Shown here: piece after piece, positions 45,615 through 55,756 of the stretch
How the letters are laid out: every line of letters starts with the position of its first letter
Position numbering within the stretch: position 1 is the first letter of the stretch
Source: Betaproteobacteria bacterium
Lineage (GTDB): Bacteria; Pseudomonadota; Gammaproteobacteria; Burkholderiales; Burkholderiaceae_C
Reading direction: 5' to 3'
Assembly (NCBI GenBank): GCA_013289985.1
Contig: JABCYW010000001.1
Location: forward strand, 79,772 to 143,771
DNA: 64,000 bases
Translations under genes and position numbers: made by a program
Notes under the pieces: model-generated
The model's input: the letters and a program-made list of their open reading frames with translations, nothing else
What the model was told of the DNA's origin: nothing
Databases searched by the model: none

Positions 45615-47505
45615 CCTTGGCGGCGAGCAACTGCCCCACTTCGTGATGCAAGCCCTCGGGCGTGACCGCGTCGGCCGCGATCTGCGGGCCCACGTTCAGG
45701 CCCACCTTGCTGAACAGCCCGCGGCGGAACGGCTTGCTCATGGCGGCGCCTTCCACGCGCGAGAAGAACGAGCCCCACAGGTTCTGCAGCGCGAGCGGGA
45801 TCACCGGCACCGGGCGCGTCTCGAGGATGCGCATCACGCCGCCCTTGAAGGGCTTCAGCGCGCCGTCGTTGGTGATGCCGCCCTCGGGGAAGATGCCCAG
45901 CAGGTCGCCCTCGGCCAGCACCTGGTCGGCCGCGACGAAGGCGGCCTCGTAGGCGGCCGGATCGTCGTTCCTGGACGCGATGGGAATCGCCTTGGCCAGG
46001 CGGAAGAACAGGCCCAGCCCCGGGGTGCGGAAGATGCGCGCGTCCATGAGGAAGCGGATCGGGCGCGGGCTGGCCGCCATCAGCAGCACCGGGTCGACGA
46101 AGCTCACGTGGTTGCACACGACGATGGCCGGCCCGGTGGCGGGGATATTGGCGTCGCCCTGGATCCGGAAGCGGTAGACGGTGCGCGTGAGGACGAAGGC
46201 GATGAAGCGCAGCAGGTACTCCGGCACCAGGCAGAAGATGTAGCCCGCCACGACGGCGTTGGCGATGCCGGTGATCAGGAACACGCCGCCGATGCTCACG
46301 CCGAAGTGCAGGAGCGCGCCGGCGATCAGCGAGCTGGCGATCATGAACAGCGCGTTCAGGATGTTGTTGGCAGCAATGATGCGGGCCCGGTGGCTAGCGA
46401 GCGCCCGCATCTGGACGAGCGCATACATCGGCACGCTGTAGAGGCCGGCGCTGAGCGAGAGCATGAACAGATCGATCATCGGCCGCACGTGCTGGCCCTG
46501 GTGGACGAAGTCGGACAGGCCCCACAGCGCGCTCGCCGGCGCCGCGAGATGGCTCACCGAGAAGTACAGGTCGATCGCGAAGATGCTCATGCCGATGGCG
46601 CCCAGCGGCACGAGGCCGATTTCCACCTGGCGGCGCGACAACACCTCGCACAGCAGCGAGCCGATGCCCACGCCCACCGAGAACAGCACCAGCAGCAGCG
46701 ACGCCACGTGCACGTCGCCGTGCAGCACGTCCTTGGCGAACGAAGGGAACTGCGACAGGAACGTCGCGCCGAAGAACCACATCCACGAGATGCCCAGCAG
46801 CGACCGGAACACGACGACGTCGGTGCGCGCCAGCTTCAGGTTGCGCAGCGTCTCGGTGACCGGATTCCAGTTGATCTTGAGCTGGTCGTCGTGCGGCGGC
46901 GACGCGGGAATGGCCTGGGCCGTCAGCCGGCCGATGACCGCGATCGCGAGACAGGTGCCGCCGGCGAGCGCCGGGCCCATGCCGGGCACCACGACGAGAA
47001 GGCCGCCGGCGAGCTGGCCCAGCAGGATCGCGACGAAGGTGCCCATCTCGACCATGCCGTTGCCGCCGGTGAGCTCGTGGTCGTCGAGGTGCTGCGGCAG
47101 GTAGGCGTACTTCACCGGGCCGAACAGCGTGGAGTGCACGCCCATCAGGAACAGGCACAGCAGCAGCACCACCACCTGCTGCGCGACGAAGCCCCAGGTG
47201 GCGAGCACCATGATCAGGATCTCGAACGACTTGATGAAGCGCATCACGCGCGCCTTGTCGTATTTGTCGGCCAGCTGCCCGCTGGTGGCCGACAGCAGCA
47301 CGAACGGCAGGATGAACACGGCGCTGATGACGAGGCCGGCCTTCTCGGGCGGCAGCCAGGACACGTTGAGCTGGTAGGTGACCAGCACCGTGAACGCGAA
47401 CTTCAGGACGTTGTCGTTGCCCGCGCCGAAGAACTGCGTCCAGAAGAACGGCGCGAAGCGGCGTTGCGAGAGAAGCGCGAACTGGCTGGGATGGGCTTGG
47501 CTCAT
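45607..47505 (-). CDS. fused lysophospholipid transporter (LplT-like MFS) and acyltransferase (Aas/PlsC-like)
   Basis: An N-terminal MFS domain (12 TM) is followed by a PlsC acyltransferase motif NHVSFVDPVLL. Starts at MSQAHPSQF; the ORF-track N-terminal extension was rejected. Confidence 0.75.
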   Translation of the reverse strand: MSQAHPSQFALLSQRRFAPFFWTQFFGAGNDNVLKFAFTVLVTYQLNVSWLPPEKAGLVISAVFILPFVLLSATSGQLADKYDKARVMRFIKSFEILIMVLATWGFVAQQVVVLLLCLFLMGVHSTLFGPVKYAYLPQHLDDHELTGGNGMVEMGTFVAILLGQLAGGLLVVVPGMGPALAGGTCLAIAVIGRLTAQAIPASPPHDDQLKINWNPVTETLRNLKLARTDVVVFRSLLGISWMWFFGATFLSQFPSFAKDVLHGDVHVASLLLVLFSVGVGIGSLLCEVLSRRQVEIGLVPLGAIGMSIFAIDLYFSVSHLAAPASALWGLSDFVHQGQHVRPMIDLFMLSLSAGLYSVPMYALVQMRALASHRARIIAANNILNALFMIASSLIAGALLHFGVSIGGVFLITGIANAVVAGYIFCLVPEYLLRFIAFVLTRTVYRFRIQGDANIPATGPAIVVCNHVSFVDPVLLMAASPRPIRFLMDARIFRTPGLGLFFRLAKAIPIASRNDDPAAYEAAFVAADQVLAEGDLLGIFPEGGITNDGALKPFKGGVMRILETRPVPVIPLALQNLWGSFFSRVEGAAMSKPFRRGLFSKVGLNVGPQIAADAVTPEGLHHEVGQLLAAKVI

Positions 47506-47600
47506 GGAGGTGGAGGTCTGCGGACGTTGTGCCGACTGTAGCCGCAGCCCCTGCCCAGCGCCTGCGGCGACACCCTCGGTCCCGACGTCGTTCGCGGGAG

Positions 47601-48467
47601 TCATCGCACCACCGTGGGCGTGCCGGCGAGCTGCTCGCGCTGCAGCCAGTCGAACATCGATTCGACCGTCACCGTCTCGATGTGGTCGCTGAATCTCTTC
47701 GAATTGGGATGGTCGTCGAAGGCGACGTTGGCGCGGGTGATGCGGCCGCCGAGCCGGGTGAGCGCGTCGATGTGCAGCACGGTGGGCTGGTAGTCGTGCA
47801 GCTGCAGCCAGGCCTGCGCGCGCTCGCGCGTGCTGGCCGCGGGATCGAGCGAGCCGGCAAGCGTCTCGAGCGCCCACTGGTTGCTCTGCTGGTAACGCGT
47901 CGACCACGGGTACGCGACGACGCTGTAGGCCGGCGTGTGCCATTGCACGAGGCGGCGGTCGTCGGTCAGGACCTGCATCAGCGCGGCCTGCACCTCAGGG
48001 GCCGGGACGACGAAGGCGGCCTCGTAGCGGAATGGTGTGTCGAGGAAGAACTCGGCCAGGCCCTGGCGGAAGACGGCCGCCTCCGCGGTGCCGCACTGGT
48101 TGAGCTTGTGCGCGATGCGCCAGGTGCTGCGCTGCGGACGCGGTGCGGGCGGGCCGTCGAAGAGCGCGGCGCCGGGCGGCGCCTGCCAGGCCGGGACGGT
48201 CGCGGCGTTGCCCTCGCGGTAGGCGAACGCGAGGTGCGACCAGTTCAGGCCGTACTTGCGCAGGTCCTGGCCGGCGCGCGCGATGATCACGACCTGGGCG
48301 TCGGTGGCGTCCAGGCGCTGCTGGACACGTTCGGCCAGGCCCAGGGCCCGGGTCATGCCGAGGGTGTCGGGCGGCGCGGCATCGCAGGCCTGGCCTGCCC
48401 AGGCCGTCGAGGTGGCGATCGCAAACGCGCCCAGCACGGCGTGCAGCCAACGCGCGGCGCGGCTCAT
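47601..48467 (-). CDS. DUF2145 family secreted protein
   Basis: Signal peptide MSRAARWLHAVLGAFAIATSTAWA. A 4-nt overlap with the upstream small gene indicates an operon. Confidence 0.65.
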   Translation of the reverse strand: MSRAARWLHAVLGAFAIATSTAWAGQACDAAPPDTLGMTRALGLAERVQQRLDATDAQVVIIARAGQDLRKYGLNWSHLAFAYREGNAATVPAWQAPPGAALFDGPPAPRPQRSTWRIAHKLNQCGTAEAAVFRQGLAEFFLDTPFRYEAAFVVPAPEVQAALMQVLTDDRRLVQWHTPAYSVVAYPWSTRYQQSNQWALETLAGSLDPAASTRERAQAWLQLHDYQPTVLHIDALTRLGGRITRANVAFDDHPNSKRFSDHIETVTVESMFDWLQREQLAGTPTVVR

Positions 48468-48883
48468 CGCGACACCCGCTGGTTGTACGACAGGGAGCGG
48501 CCGATCTCGTTCGGGACGAACGCGATCACATGGCCGGCGGCGCTGAGCACCATGCCGGTGGCGACCGCGGTGACGGTGATCACCGTACCCACCGCAACCG
48601 ACACGCCACCGACCACATGGCCGGCGAAACAGATGCTGCCCTTCACGCCGTCGGCGAGGTTCTCGACCACCCAGACGGTGCCTTCCGCGCTCGCCTGCAC
48701 GCCGGTCACCACGATGGAGCCGACGCCCGCGACCAGGACGACCGGCAGCGCCACCGAGATCGCCACGGGCACCAACGAGGCCTCGCTGACCTCGCTGGAC
48801 GAGCGTTGGGCCTGGGCGGCACCGGCGACGGCGAGCGCCAGCACCAGGGTCGGGATCGCGCGGCAGGCAGAGAGGGGTTTCAT
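48464..48883 (-). CDS. small secreted/membrane protein with Gly-zipper-like hydrophobic segments
   Basis: Signal MKPLSACRAIPTLVLALAVAGAAQA followed by LVPVAISVALPVVLVAGVGSIVVTGV. It is translationally coupled to the DUF2145 gene. Confidence 0.5.
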   Translation of the reverse strand: MKPLSACRAIPTLVLALAVAGAAQAQRSSSEVSEASLVPVAISVALPVVLVAGVGSIVVTGVQASAEGTVWVVENLADGVKGSICFAGHVVGGVSVAVGTVITVTAVATGMVLSAAGHVIAFVPNEIGRSLSYNQRVSR

Positions 48884-49008
48884 GTGAAACATCCGCAGTG
48901 GAGAAGCCGCGATGGTGGGCGGCGCCTGGTGGCGCGGCAACGCGATTGCAACGAGTGCCGACAGTCGCGTCGTGAGGTATCGTCCGCAGATACTTTCCGC
49001 CACCACCC

Positions 49009-49758
49009 ATGAGCACCACCGCCGAGATCGTCAACGTCCTGAAGAGCGAGCTGAAACTCGCCCGCCTGACCTACGCCGACCTGGGCCGTGAGCTCGGCCT
49101 CGCGGAATCGAGCGTCAAGCGCATGTTCGCCAAGGGCGACATGCCGTTGAAGCGGATCGACGAGATCTGTCGCGTGCTCAAGTGCGACTTCTCCGAGCTG
49201 GCGCGCAAGGTGGCCGACCTGGAGTTGCTGCGTGACGAGCTGACGCTGGAGCAGGAGCGAGCGGTCGTCGGCGACAAGCGCTTGCTGGTGATGGCGCTGT
49301 GCGCGCTGAGCCAGTGGCCCTACGAGCAGATCATGGGCATGTACGCGTTCACCGACGCCGAGGCGGTGCGCCACCTGACCCAGCTCGACCGGCTCGGCAT
49401 CATCGATCTGAAGCCGCTGAACCGCTACCGGCTGAAGGTGGCCAAGACGTTCCGCTGGCGCCCGAACGGGCCGGTGATGCAGTTCTTCCGCGACCATGGG
49501 GTGGTCGACTACTTTTCGGGCGGCTTCAACGGCGAGAACGAGATGGTGAGCCTGGTGCACGGCCACATCAGCCTGCCCATGGCCAAGGTGTTCCAGGAGC
49601 GGCTGCAGCGCCTGGCACAGGATTTTGCACAGCAGCACCTGGCCGACCAGCGCCTGCCGAAGGCACACAAGCGGGGTTTCACCGCCGTGATGGCGCTGCG
49701 TTCGTGGACGTTCGGGCCCTTGCGCGAGTTGCTGCGCGACCCGAACGTCGAGCCCTGA
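49009..49758 (+). CDS. XRE-family HTH transcriptional regulator
   Basis: An N-terminal Cro/C1-type HTH (LTYADLGRELGLAESSVKRMF). It is convergent with parA. Confidence 0.7.
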   Translation: MSTTAEIVNVLKSELKLARLTYADLGRELGLAESSVKRMFAKGDMPLKRIDEICRVLKCDFSELARKVADLELLRDELTLEQERAVVGDKRLLVMALCALSQWPYEQIMGMYAFTDAEAVRHLTQLDRLGIIDLKPLNRYRLKVAKTFRWRPNGPVMQFFRDHGVVDYFSGGFNGENEMVSLVHGHISLPMAKVFQERLQRLAQDFAQQHLADQRLPKAHKRGFTAVMALRSWTFGPLRELLRDPNVEP

Positions 49759-49764
49759 ACTCGA

Positions 49765-50550
49765 TCAGCGAGCGGCCAGCGCCGGGCTCATTTCGCGCTC
49801 GACCATCTCGCGCGCGAACTCGATGAAGGCGATGGCGCCACGTGAAGTCGGATCCCAGACGACGCCCGGCTGGCCGTAGCTGGGGGCCTCGGCGAGGCGA
49901 ACGTTGCGTGGGATCACGGTGTTGAACACCTTGTCGCCGAAGTGCGCCTTGAGCTGGTCGCTGACGTTCACCTGCAGCGTGATGCGCGGATCGAACATCA
50001 CCCGCAGGAGGCCGATCAGCTCCAGGTCGCGGTTGAGGTTGGCGTGAACCTGCTTGATCGTGTTGACTAGGTCGGACACCCCTTCCAGCGCGAAGTACTC
50101 GCACTGCATCGGCACGATGACGCCGTGGGCGCTGCACAGGCCGTTGAGGGTGAGCAGGTTCAGCGAGGGCGGGCAGTCGATCAGGACGAAGTCGTAGTCG
50201 TCGGCCACGGCCTTGAGTGCCTGCCGAAGTCGTTCGTTGCGACGCTCCAGGGCTACCAGCTCGACCTCGGCGCCCGCCAGTTCGCGGTTGGCGCCCAGCA
50301 CGTCGTAGCCACCGCTGGTGGAGCGTTGCGCGGCTTCCTGGATCGTCGCGCTTTCCAGCAGGACGTCGTAGACGGTGAGGGGCAGGTCGCGCTTCTGGAT
50401 GCCGGAACCCATCGTGGCATTGCCTTGCGGGTCGAGATCGACCAGGAGGACGCGCTGACCGACGAGCGCCAGGCCGGCCGCCAGATTCACCGTGGTGGTG
50501 GTCTTGCCGACGCCGCCCTTCTGATTCGCAATGCAGAAAATTCTCGCCAT
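49765..50550 (-). CDS. parA: chromosome partitioning ATPase ParA/Soj
   Basis: MARIFCIANQKGGVGKTTTTVNLAAGLA, a deviant Walker A. It is downstream of rsmG as in the conserved mnmG-rsmG-parA arrangement. Confidence 0.9.
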   Translation of the reverse strand: MARIFCIANQKGGVGKTTTTVNLAAGLALVGQRVLLVDLDPQGNATMGSGIQKRDLPLTVYDVLLESATIQEAAQRSTSGGYDVLGANRELAGAEVELVALERRNERLRQALKAVADDYDFVLIDCPPSLNLLTLNGLCSAHGVIVPMQCEYFALEGVSDLVNTIKQVHANLNRDLELIGLLRVMFDPRITLQVNVSDQLKAHFGDKVFNTVIPRNVRLAEAPSYGQPGVVWDPTSRGAIAFIEFAREMVEREMSPALAAR

Positions 50551-50583
50551 GGATGACCGGTGAAAGCGCTGTGGTGCCTGCGG

Positions 50584-51300
50584 CTATTGTCGGGGCTGTT
50601 GCGCCGAGTCGTCAGTGCATTCCTGGGGCCGGAGCCACACGAGGCAGCGTTTTTCGTTCAATTCCGGCACCTCGAGTTGTTCCACGTGAAACATTTCGAC
50701 GTTGGCGGGGATCTCGGCCTGCTCTTGGACGGACAGGTTTGCCTTCATGGCGGCCCATTGGCCACCGACCGCAAGCAGCGGCCGAGTCAGCGTCGTGAAG
50801 TCCAGGATCGAGGCGAAGGCGCGCGAGGTGACCAGGTCGAACTCGGGTGTCTTGAAGGTGCCGGCGGCTTCGACGCGGCCATGGACGCCGTGCAGGTTCG
50901 TCAGTCCCAGCTCGACGGCGACCTGGCGGATGAAGGCCGCCTTCTTGGCGACCGCGTCGACGCAAGTGACCTGCCATGCCGGGTTGAGCATCGCGAGAAT
51001 GACGCCGGGCAGGCCGGCGCCACTGCCGACATCCAGCACCCGGAGACTCCCCTGCCCTGCGGTGCCGGTTCCGGTTCGCAAGGGCAGGACGACCGCGAGG
51101 CAGTCGAGCAGGTGGTGGGTGAACATCTCGCCGGTATTGCGGACGGCGGTCAGGTTGTAGACCTTGGTCCAGCGCTGGATCAGCGCGATGTAGGCCAGCA
51201 GTCGCTCGCGTTCCGTCGCCGTCAGCGCCAGTCCCAATCGGGGGGCAAGGTCCTCGAGTCGACCGTCCAGGCGGGACGGGTCACCGTATTCAGGCGGCAT
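50584..51300 (-). CDS. rsmG: 16S rRNA (guanine527-N7)-methyltransferase RsmG (GidB)
   Basis: SAM motif [12 protein letters not shown] and a conserved RsmG fold. Its start overlaps the mnmG stop. Confidence 0.9.
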   Translation of the reverse strand: MPPEYGDPSRLDGRLEDLAPRLGLALTATERERLLAYIALIQRWTKVYNLTAVRNTGEMFTHHLLDCLAVVLPLRTGTGTAGQGSLRVLDVGSGAGLPGVILAMLNPAWQVTCVDAVAKKAAFIRQVAVELGLTNLHGVHGRVEAAGTFKTPEFDLVTSRAFASILDFTTLTRPLLAVGGQWAAMKANLSVQEQAEIPANVEMFHVEQLEVPELNEKRCLVWLRPQECTDDSAQQPRQ

Positions 51301-53317
51301 GTTCGGCAGGAGAAGAATTGGGATTCGAGAAGCCCTTGAAGCGCTTCTTCTTGAGATGGACGAGCAGGAGCGAGATCGCGGCGGGCGTGACGCCGGAGAT
51401 CCGGGTGGCTTGGCCCAGCGTCTGCGGACGATGCTGGGTCAGCTTCTGGCGCACCTCGAAGGACAGCGCGGTGACCTGGTTGTAGTCCAGCTCGGCGGGC
51501 AGCGCGAGTTCTTCCAGGCCCTGGGCGCGGTTGACTTCCTCGTTCTGCTTGTCGATGTAGCCGGCGTACTTGGTGGCGATCTCGAGTTGCTCGATGACCT
51601 CGCCGGCCAGTTGGGCGCCGAGTTCCTGGCTCAGTGTTTCACGTGAAACATCGACGGCAGGCCGGGCGATGGCGGTTGCCTCGACGACGGTATCGAAGTC
51701 GATGCCGGGCCGGCGCAACAGGTCCGTCAACGAATGCTCGTGTTCAAGCGCCTTGCCGAGCAGGCGCTCCGCGTCGGCCGCGGGCAGGTTGTTGGGATGC
51801 ACCCAGGTCGAACGCAGCCGCTCGGTCTCGCGCGCGAGCACGTCGCGCTTGCGGTTGAAGTGCGTCCAGCGGGCGTCGTCGACCAGCCCCAGCTGGCGGC
51901 CCCGCTCCGTGAGCCGCAGGTCGGCGTTGTCTTCACGCAGCTGGAGGCGGAACTCGGCACGACTCGTGAACATGCGGTAGGGTTCGGTGACGCCCTTGGT
52001 GATCAGGTCGTCCACCAGCACACCCAGGTACGCCTGGTCGCGCCGGAGCACGAGGCCGTCAGCGCGGCCCGCCGCAAGCAGCGATGCGTTGGCGCCGGCG
52101 AACAGGCCCTGCGCCGCCGCTTCTTCATAGCCGGTGGTGCCGTTGATCTGGCCGGCGAAGAACAGGCCGGAGATGGCGCGCGTCTCGAATGTGCTCTTCA
52201 GTTCGCGCGGGTCGAAGTAGTCGTATTCGATCGCGTAACCCGGCCGCAGGATGTGGGCATTGGCCAGGCCGGCCATCGACCGGACGGCGGCCAGCTGGAT
52301 GTCGAAGGGCAGCGAGGTGGAGATGCCGTTCGGGTAGAACTCGTTCGTCGTGAGGCCTTCGGGCTCCAGGAAGATCTGGTGCGAATCCTTGTCGGCGAAG
52401 CGATTGACCTTGTCCTCGATGCTGGGGCAATAGCGCGGCCCCACGCCCTCGATGACGCCGGTGAACATCGGGCTGCGGTCGAAGCCGGAGCGGATGATCT
52501 CGTGCGTGCTGGCATTGGTGTTGGTGATCCAGCACGGCATCTGGCGCGGATGCTGCGCCGCGTTTCCCATGAAGCTGAACACCGGCATCGCCGTCGTGAT
52601 GCGGCCGTCGACGTCGGGCATGCCGTCGCCTGGCTGCTCCACCAGCTGCGAGAAGTCGATGGAGCGGCCGTCGATGCGCGGCGGCGTGCCCGTCTTGAGC
52701 CGGCGTTGCGGCAGCTTCAGTTCCTTCAGCCGCGCGGACAGGCGCTGTGCCGGGGGATCCCCTGCCCGCCCGGCGCTGTAGTTCTGCAGCCCCATGTGGA
52801 TCTTGCCGTCGAGGAACGTGCCGGCCGTCAGTACCACGGTGCGCCCGCGGAACGTGATGCCCGATTGCGTGACCGCGCCGGTCACCCGATCGGCGCCGTC
52901 CACCGACTCCACCACCAGGTCGTCGACCGCCTGCTGGAACAGCCACAGGTTGGGCTGGTTCTCCAGGCGATGGCGGATGGCCGCCTTGTAGAGGATGCGA
53001 TCGGCCTGGGCCCGCGTCGCGCGAACGGCCGGCCCCTTCGAGCCGTTGAGGATGCGGAACTGGATGCCCGACTCGTCCGTCGCGGCCGCCATCGCACCGC
53101 CCAGCGCATCGACCTCCTTGACCAGGTGACCCTTGCCGATGCCGCCGATCGACGGATTGCAGCTCATCTGCCCCAGCGTCTCGATGTTGTGCGTCAACAG
53201 CAGCGTCGCACTGCCCATGCGGGCCGCGGCGAGCGCGGCCTCGGTGCCGGCATGGCCGCCGCCGACCACGATGACGTCGAATTCCTGGGGGTAGATCACC
53301 GGCAACTCACTGCGCAT
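51290..53317 (-). CDS. mnmG: tRNA uridine 5-carboxymethylaminomethyl modification enzyme MnmG (GidA)
   Basis: [23 protein letters not shown]-binding N-terminus. The protein is long and conserved. The ORF-track start at 53389 was trimmed to the Met before YPQEF. Confidence 0.9.
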   Translation of the reverse strand: MRSELPVIYPQEFDVIVVGGGHAGTEAALAAARMGSATLLLTHNIETLGQMSCNPSIGGIGKGHLVKEVDALGGAMAAATDESGIQFRILNGSKGPAVRATRAQADRILYKAAIRHRLENQPNLWLFQQAVDDLVVESVDGADRVTGAVTQSGITFRGRTVVLTAGTFLDGKIHMGLQNYSAGRAGDPPAQRLSARLKELKLPQRRLKTGTPPRIDGRSIDFSQLVEQPGDGMPDVDGRITTAMPVFSFMGNAAQHPRQMPCWITNTNASTHEIIRSGFDRSPMFTGVIEGVGPRYCPSIEDKVNRFADKDSHQIFLEPEGLTTNEFYPNGISTSLPFDIQLAAVRSMAGLANAHILRPGYAIEYDYFDPRELKSTFETRAISGLFFAGQINGTTGYEEAAAQGLFAGANASLLAAGRADGLVLRRDQAYLGVLVDDLITKGVTEPYRMFTSRAEFRLQLREDNADLRLTERGRQLGLVDDARWTHFNRKRDVLARETERLRSTWVHPNNLPAADAERLLGKALEHEHSLTDLLRRPGIDFDTVVEATAIARPAVDVSRETLSQELGAQLAGEVIEQLEIATKYAGYIDKQNEEVNRAQGLEELALPAELDYNQVTALSFEVRQKLTQHRPQTLGQATRISGVTPAAISLLLVHLKKKRFKGFSNPNSSPAEHAA

Positions 53318-53468
53318 GATCCGAGCCATCACGGCCGGATCGAAGGGGTAGCCCGCGCTGCGACGCGCCGCGCGATCGACCAGGATCACGCCACGCGGAG
53401 ACGGGTGGGGGAAACCGGGATTTTAGGCGGCCTCGCGCGCGCGCGCCACCAGCGAGGACAATCCGCGC

Positions 53469-53765
53469 ATGCCGGCCGTCCTGCCCATCTCCTCGAACAC
53501 CCGTGCCGCCGCCTGTCGCCCGCGCTGCGGCGCCTGCTGCATCGCCCCGTCGATCACCAGTCCGATCCCCGGCATGCCCGACGGCAAGCCGGCCGGCGTT
53601 CCCTGCGTCCAGCTCGATGCCGACATGCGCTGTCGCATCTTCGGCCACCCCAGCCGCCCCGCGTTCTGCGCCGGCCTGCAGCCGTCCCACGAGATGTGCG
53701 GCGAGAACACGGCACATGCGATGCACTGGCTCACCCAGCTCGAACACACGACACGCCCTGCCTGA
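53469..53765 (+). CDS. YkgJ-family Cys-cluster protein (putative zinc/iron-chelating CxxCxxCC domain)
   Basis: CRPRCGACC motif plus additional Cys/His residues. The product is 98 aa. Confidence 0.6.
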   Translation: MPAVLPISSNTRAAACRPRCGACCIAPSITSPIPGMPDGKPAGVPCVQLDADMRCRIFGHPSRPAFCAGLQPSHEMCGENTAHAMHWLTQLEHTTRPA

Positions 53766-53831
53766 AACGACAAATGCCGCGGGAGTGCAAGCACTCGCTC
53801 CGCGGCATCGGCAGTATTTTCGAGACCCACC

Positions 53832-53860
53832 GAAAAAGAACGGGGTGCCGACGGAGGCCG
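53832..53860. terminator. perfect 13-bp inverted repeat GGGGTGCCGACGG-agg-CCGTCGGCACCCC, a possible bidirectional terminator
   Basis: Seen directly in the sequence between the Cys-cluster gene and the low-GC block. There is no strong T-tract. Confidence 0.35.
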
Positions 53861-54384
53861 TCGGCACCCCAAGAGTCAATCAGCTTCAGTAAGCGCTTCC
53901 ATCGCGTGAGCGATTTTCCCGGAACTGGATGGGCTGATTGTGGAGGGTCTTGGGTGAACGATGGCTTTGGCCATCGTTTCAAATTAATCTTTCAAAGCGA
54001 GTGAATCTTCAAGCGGTCGAGGTACCTGAAGTTCACCAACCACCGCGCGGAGTTCCGTTCGTTGTCGAAGCATCACCACCGACAACAAATTTAAATTTAT
54101 CGAAGCACAGCTCAACCATTGGCACGAATTCGGAGTGCGTGTCGTCTGCACTCCGCGTCTTAGGGAGCGACAACACCTTCAACGCCGATACGATCTTCAG
54201 AATGGAATTCATGTCTATCTACCTGCTAAATGCTGTTGTTCGCCCCTGTAGAAGCATTGAAACAGCTAGCAGTCCGATCGGACACTGTCAGGTCTTACAG
54301 GGTCGCAGCCACGCATGGGGCCTTGACCGGTAGGCCGAGGCACGGCCTGAAGGCCCGCAGATTGGGCACCAACCCGAAGGATTT

Positions 54385-55119
54385 CTAGTTCAGCAGCCCG
54401 AGACGGATGGCCTTCAGCACCGCTTGGTGCTTGTTCACGCAAGCGAGCTTGTGCATGGAATTTTGCAGGTGCAAGACTGCCGTACGCTCGGAAATGCTCA
54501 TGATGGTGCCGACTTCCCAGGCGGTCTTCCCTTCCATCGTCCAACGCAGGGCTTCGAGTTCGCGTGGAGTGAGCGTTGGCGCGTCCAATCGCTTGGGCGG
54601 GTTCGGCGTGAAGAGCCTAAAGGCGGCGTCCTGTGCATGGACGGCAAACAGCTGCAGGTCAGCCACGATGCGCGTGACGTTGCGCATGTTCTTGGGAAGG
54701 GGCCTGTCCCGATCCACGCCTATGAAGAAGTGGCGTCCACCCGGCAAGTGCATGGCCATCGCTATTCCTGTGCCGTAGCCGTGCTGGGACTGAAATTCCC
54801 ATAGATTTCCCAGACCTCGCGAAACGTAAGTCTCCTGATCCCAAATGATCGGCACTGCCGACTTCTTGCAGTGCTGCATGACCGGATCATGCTGCGCGCC
54901 AAAGTCGAGATCGGAATACCACTCCATGTACTCAGCAGGAGTGTTGTTCACAGTCTGGAACTCAGTGTTCGAGGCCGAATGATCGGTGACTACTGCAGCC
55001 GTTACGAACTTGAAGTCGAGGTGCTCCGCGAAGCTGACTACCTGCGCGGAAAAATCCTCGATGGTCGTGGTCTCCAAGATCGAGAGGTGGCTCCCCTGAA
55101 GCATGCGCGCTGCCATCAC
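54385..55119 (-). CDS. LuxR-family autoinducer-binding transcriptional regulator, solo 1
   Basis: The autoinducer-binding domain has the conserved W..Y..DP..W..G pattern (EWYSDLDFGAQHDPV, PIIWDQ, GYGTGIA). The C-terminal LuxR HTH reads LTPRELEALRWTMEGKTAWEVGTIMSISERTAVLHLQNSMHKL. Confidence 0.8.
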   Translation of the reverse strand: MMAARMLQGSHLSILETTTIEDFSAQVVSFAEHLDFKFVTAAVVTDHSASNTEFQTVNNTPAEYMEWYSDLDFGAQHDPVMQHCKKSAVPIIWDQETYVSRGLGNLWEFQSQHGYGTGIAMAMHLPGGRHFFIGVDRDRPLPKNMRNVTRIVADLQLFAVHAQDAAFRLFTPNPPKRLDAPTLTPRELEALRWTMEGKTAWEVGTIMSISERTAVLHLQNSMHKLACVNKHQAVLKAIRLGLLN

Positions 55120-55244
55120 TGACCTCGGTTCACGTCATGCGTGCAAGTGCTTCGCGTCCGGCAAGTCCATGACCGCGAAGCGCGGGCGCGACAAATTGGG
55201 CCTTCCCAGAAGGACAAGCGGGTGTGGGGGGAGACATGGTGCAC

Positions 55245-55265
55245 CCTGACAAGTTTGACAGCTAG
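55245..55265. promoter_or_regulatory. lux-box-like imperfect palindrome CTG-N10-CAG
   Basis: ccCTGacaagtttgaCAGctag lies about 130 bp upstream of solo 1. Related copies sit at 55578-55597 and 54285-54300 (CTGtcaggtcttaCAG). Confidence 0.3.
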
Positions 55266-55756
55266 TCCAAGCAACGCAATATCTCCAGACTCCGGGGCAT
55301 GCTGACAAGGACATCAACCACAGCCATGCTTGCTGCCCCAATCTTGCCATCGCCGTTGGCGCCCTATTCTTGGCCACCCGTATTTTGGCAGGCAAACCTT
55401 CGACGAACGCCCAAATTTGTACACCTCTCCACTCATGTGACGCGTGCCGGCGGGCAAAAGCAACCATGCTGCGGCAGTACGCTCTGGGGCGGCTTCTCGG
55501 CCGATGGCGATGCCGGCTTGGCTTGGGACTGGGTTGAAATCGAGCAAGGAGTTGTAGCCATGCGCGACCCTATGTCCCTGATGACAAATTTACAGCTAGT
55601 TGCAGAAAACGGTGAGGTGCTCCAGCCGATCGCTGCAGCGTTGCACTTCAATCAGTTCGTACGCCGGCTGCCTTGGCAAGATGAAGTTCGCAGGTTGCTC
55701 CACGCTGCTTAGTACCAAGAGATCAGTTTTTCAATGCGCTAAACCGCGAATCGCGG

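Noticed and set aside
45643-49034. A 632-aa plus-strand ORF opposite the LplT/Aas fusion; the 477-aa reading 47601-49034; a 452-aa plus-strand ORF 47529-48887.
   Set aside because: The first is antisense. The 47601-49034 ORF fuses the real DUF2145 gene (start at 48467 with a signal peptide) to a junk upstream extension that overlaps the real small gene 48464-48883 in another frame.
51734-54004. A 756-aa plus-strand ORF and several others antisense to mnmG.
   Set aside because: MnmG is unambiguous on the minus strand. These are shadow ORFs.
53938-55712. ORFs 53938-54333 (131 aa), 54407-54804, and 55299-55712 (137 aa) in and between the LuxR genes.
   Set aside because: They are either antisense to the LuxR genes or lie in AT-richer spacer with no coding periodicity or motifs. 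They are mentioned only as places to look for small genes.
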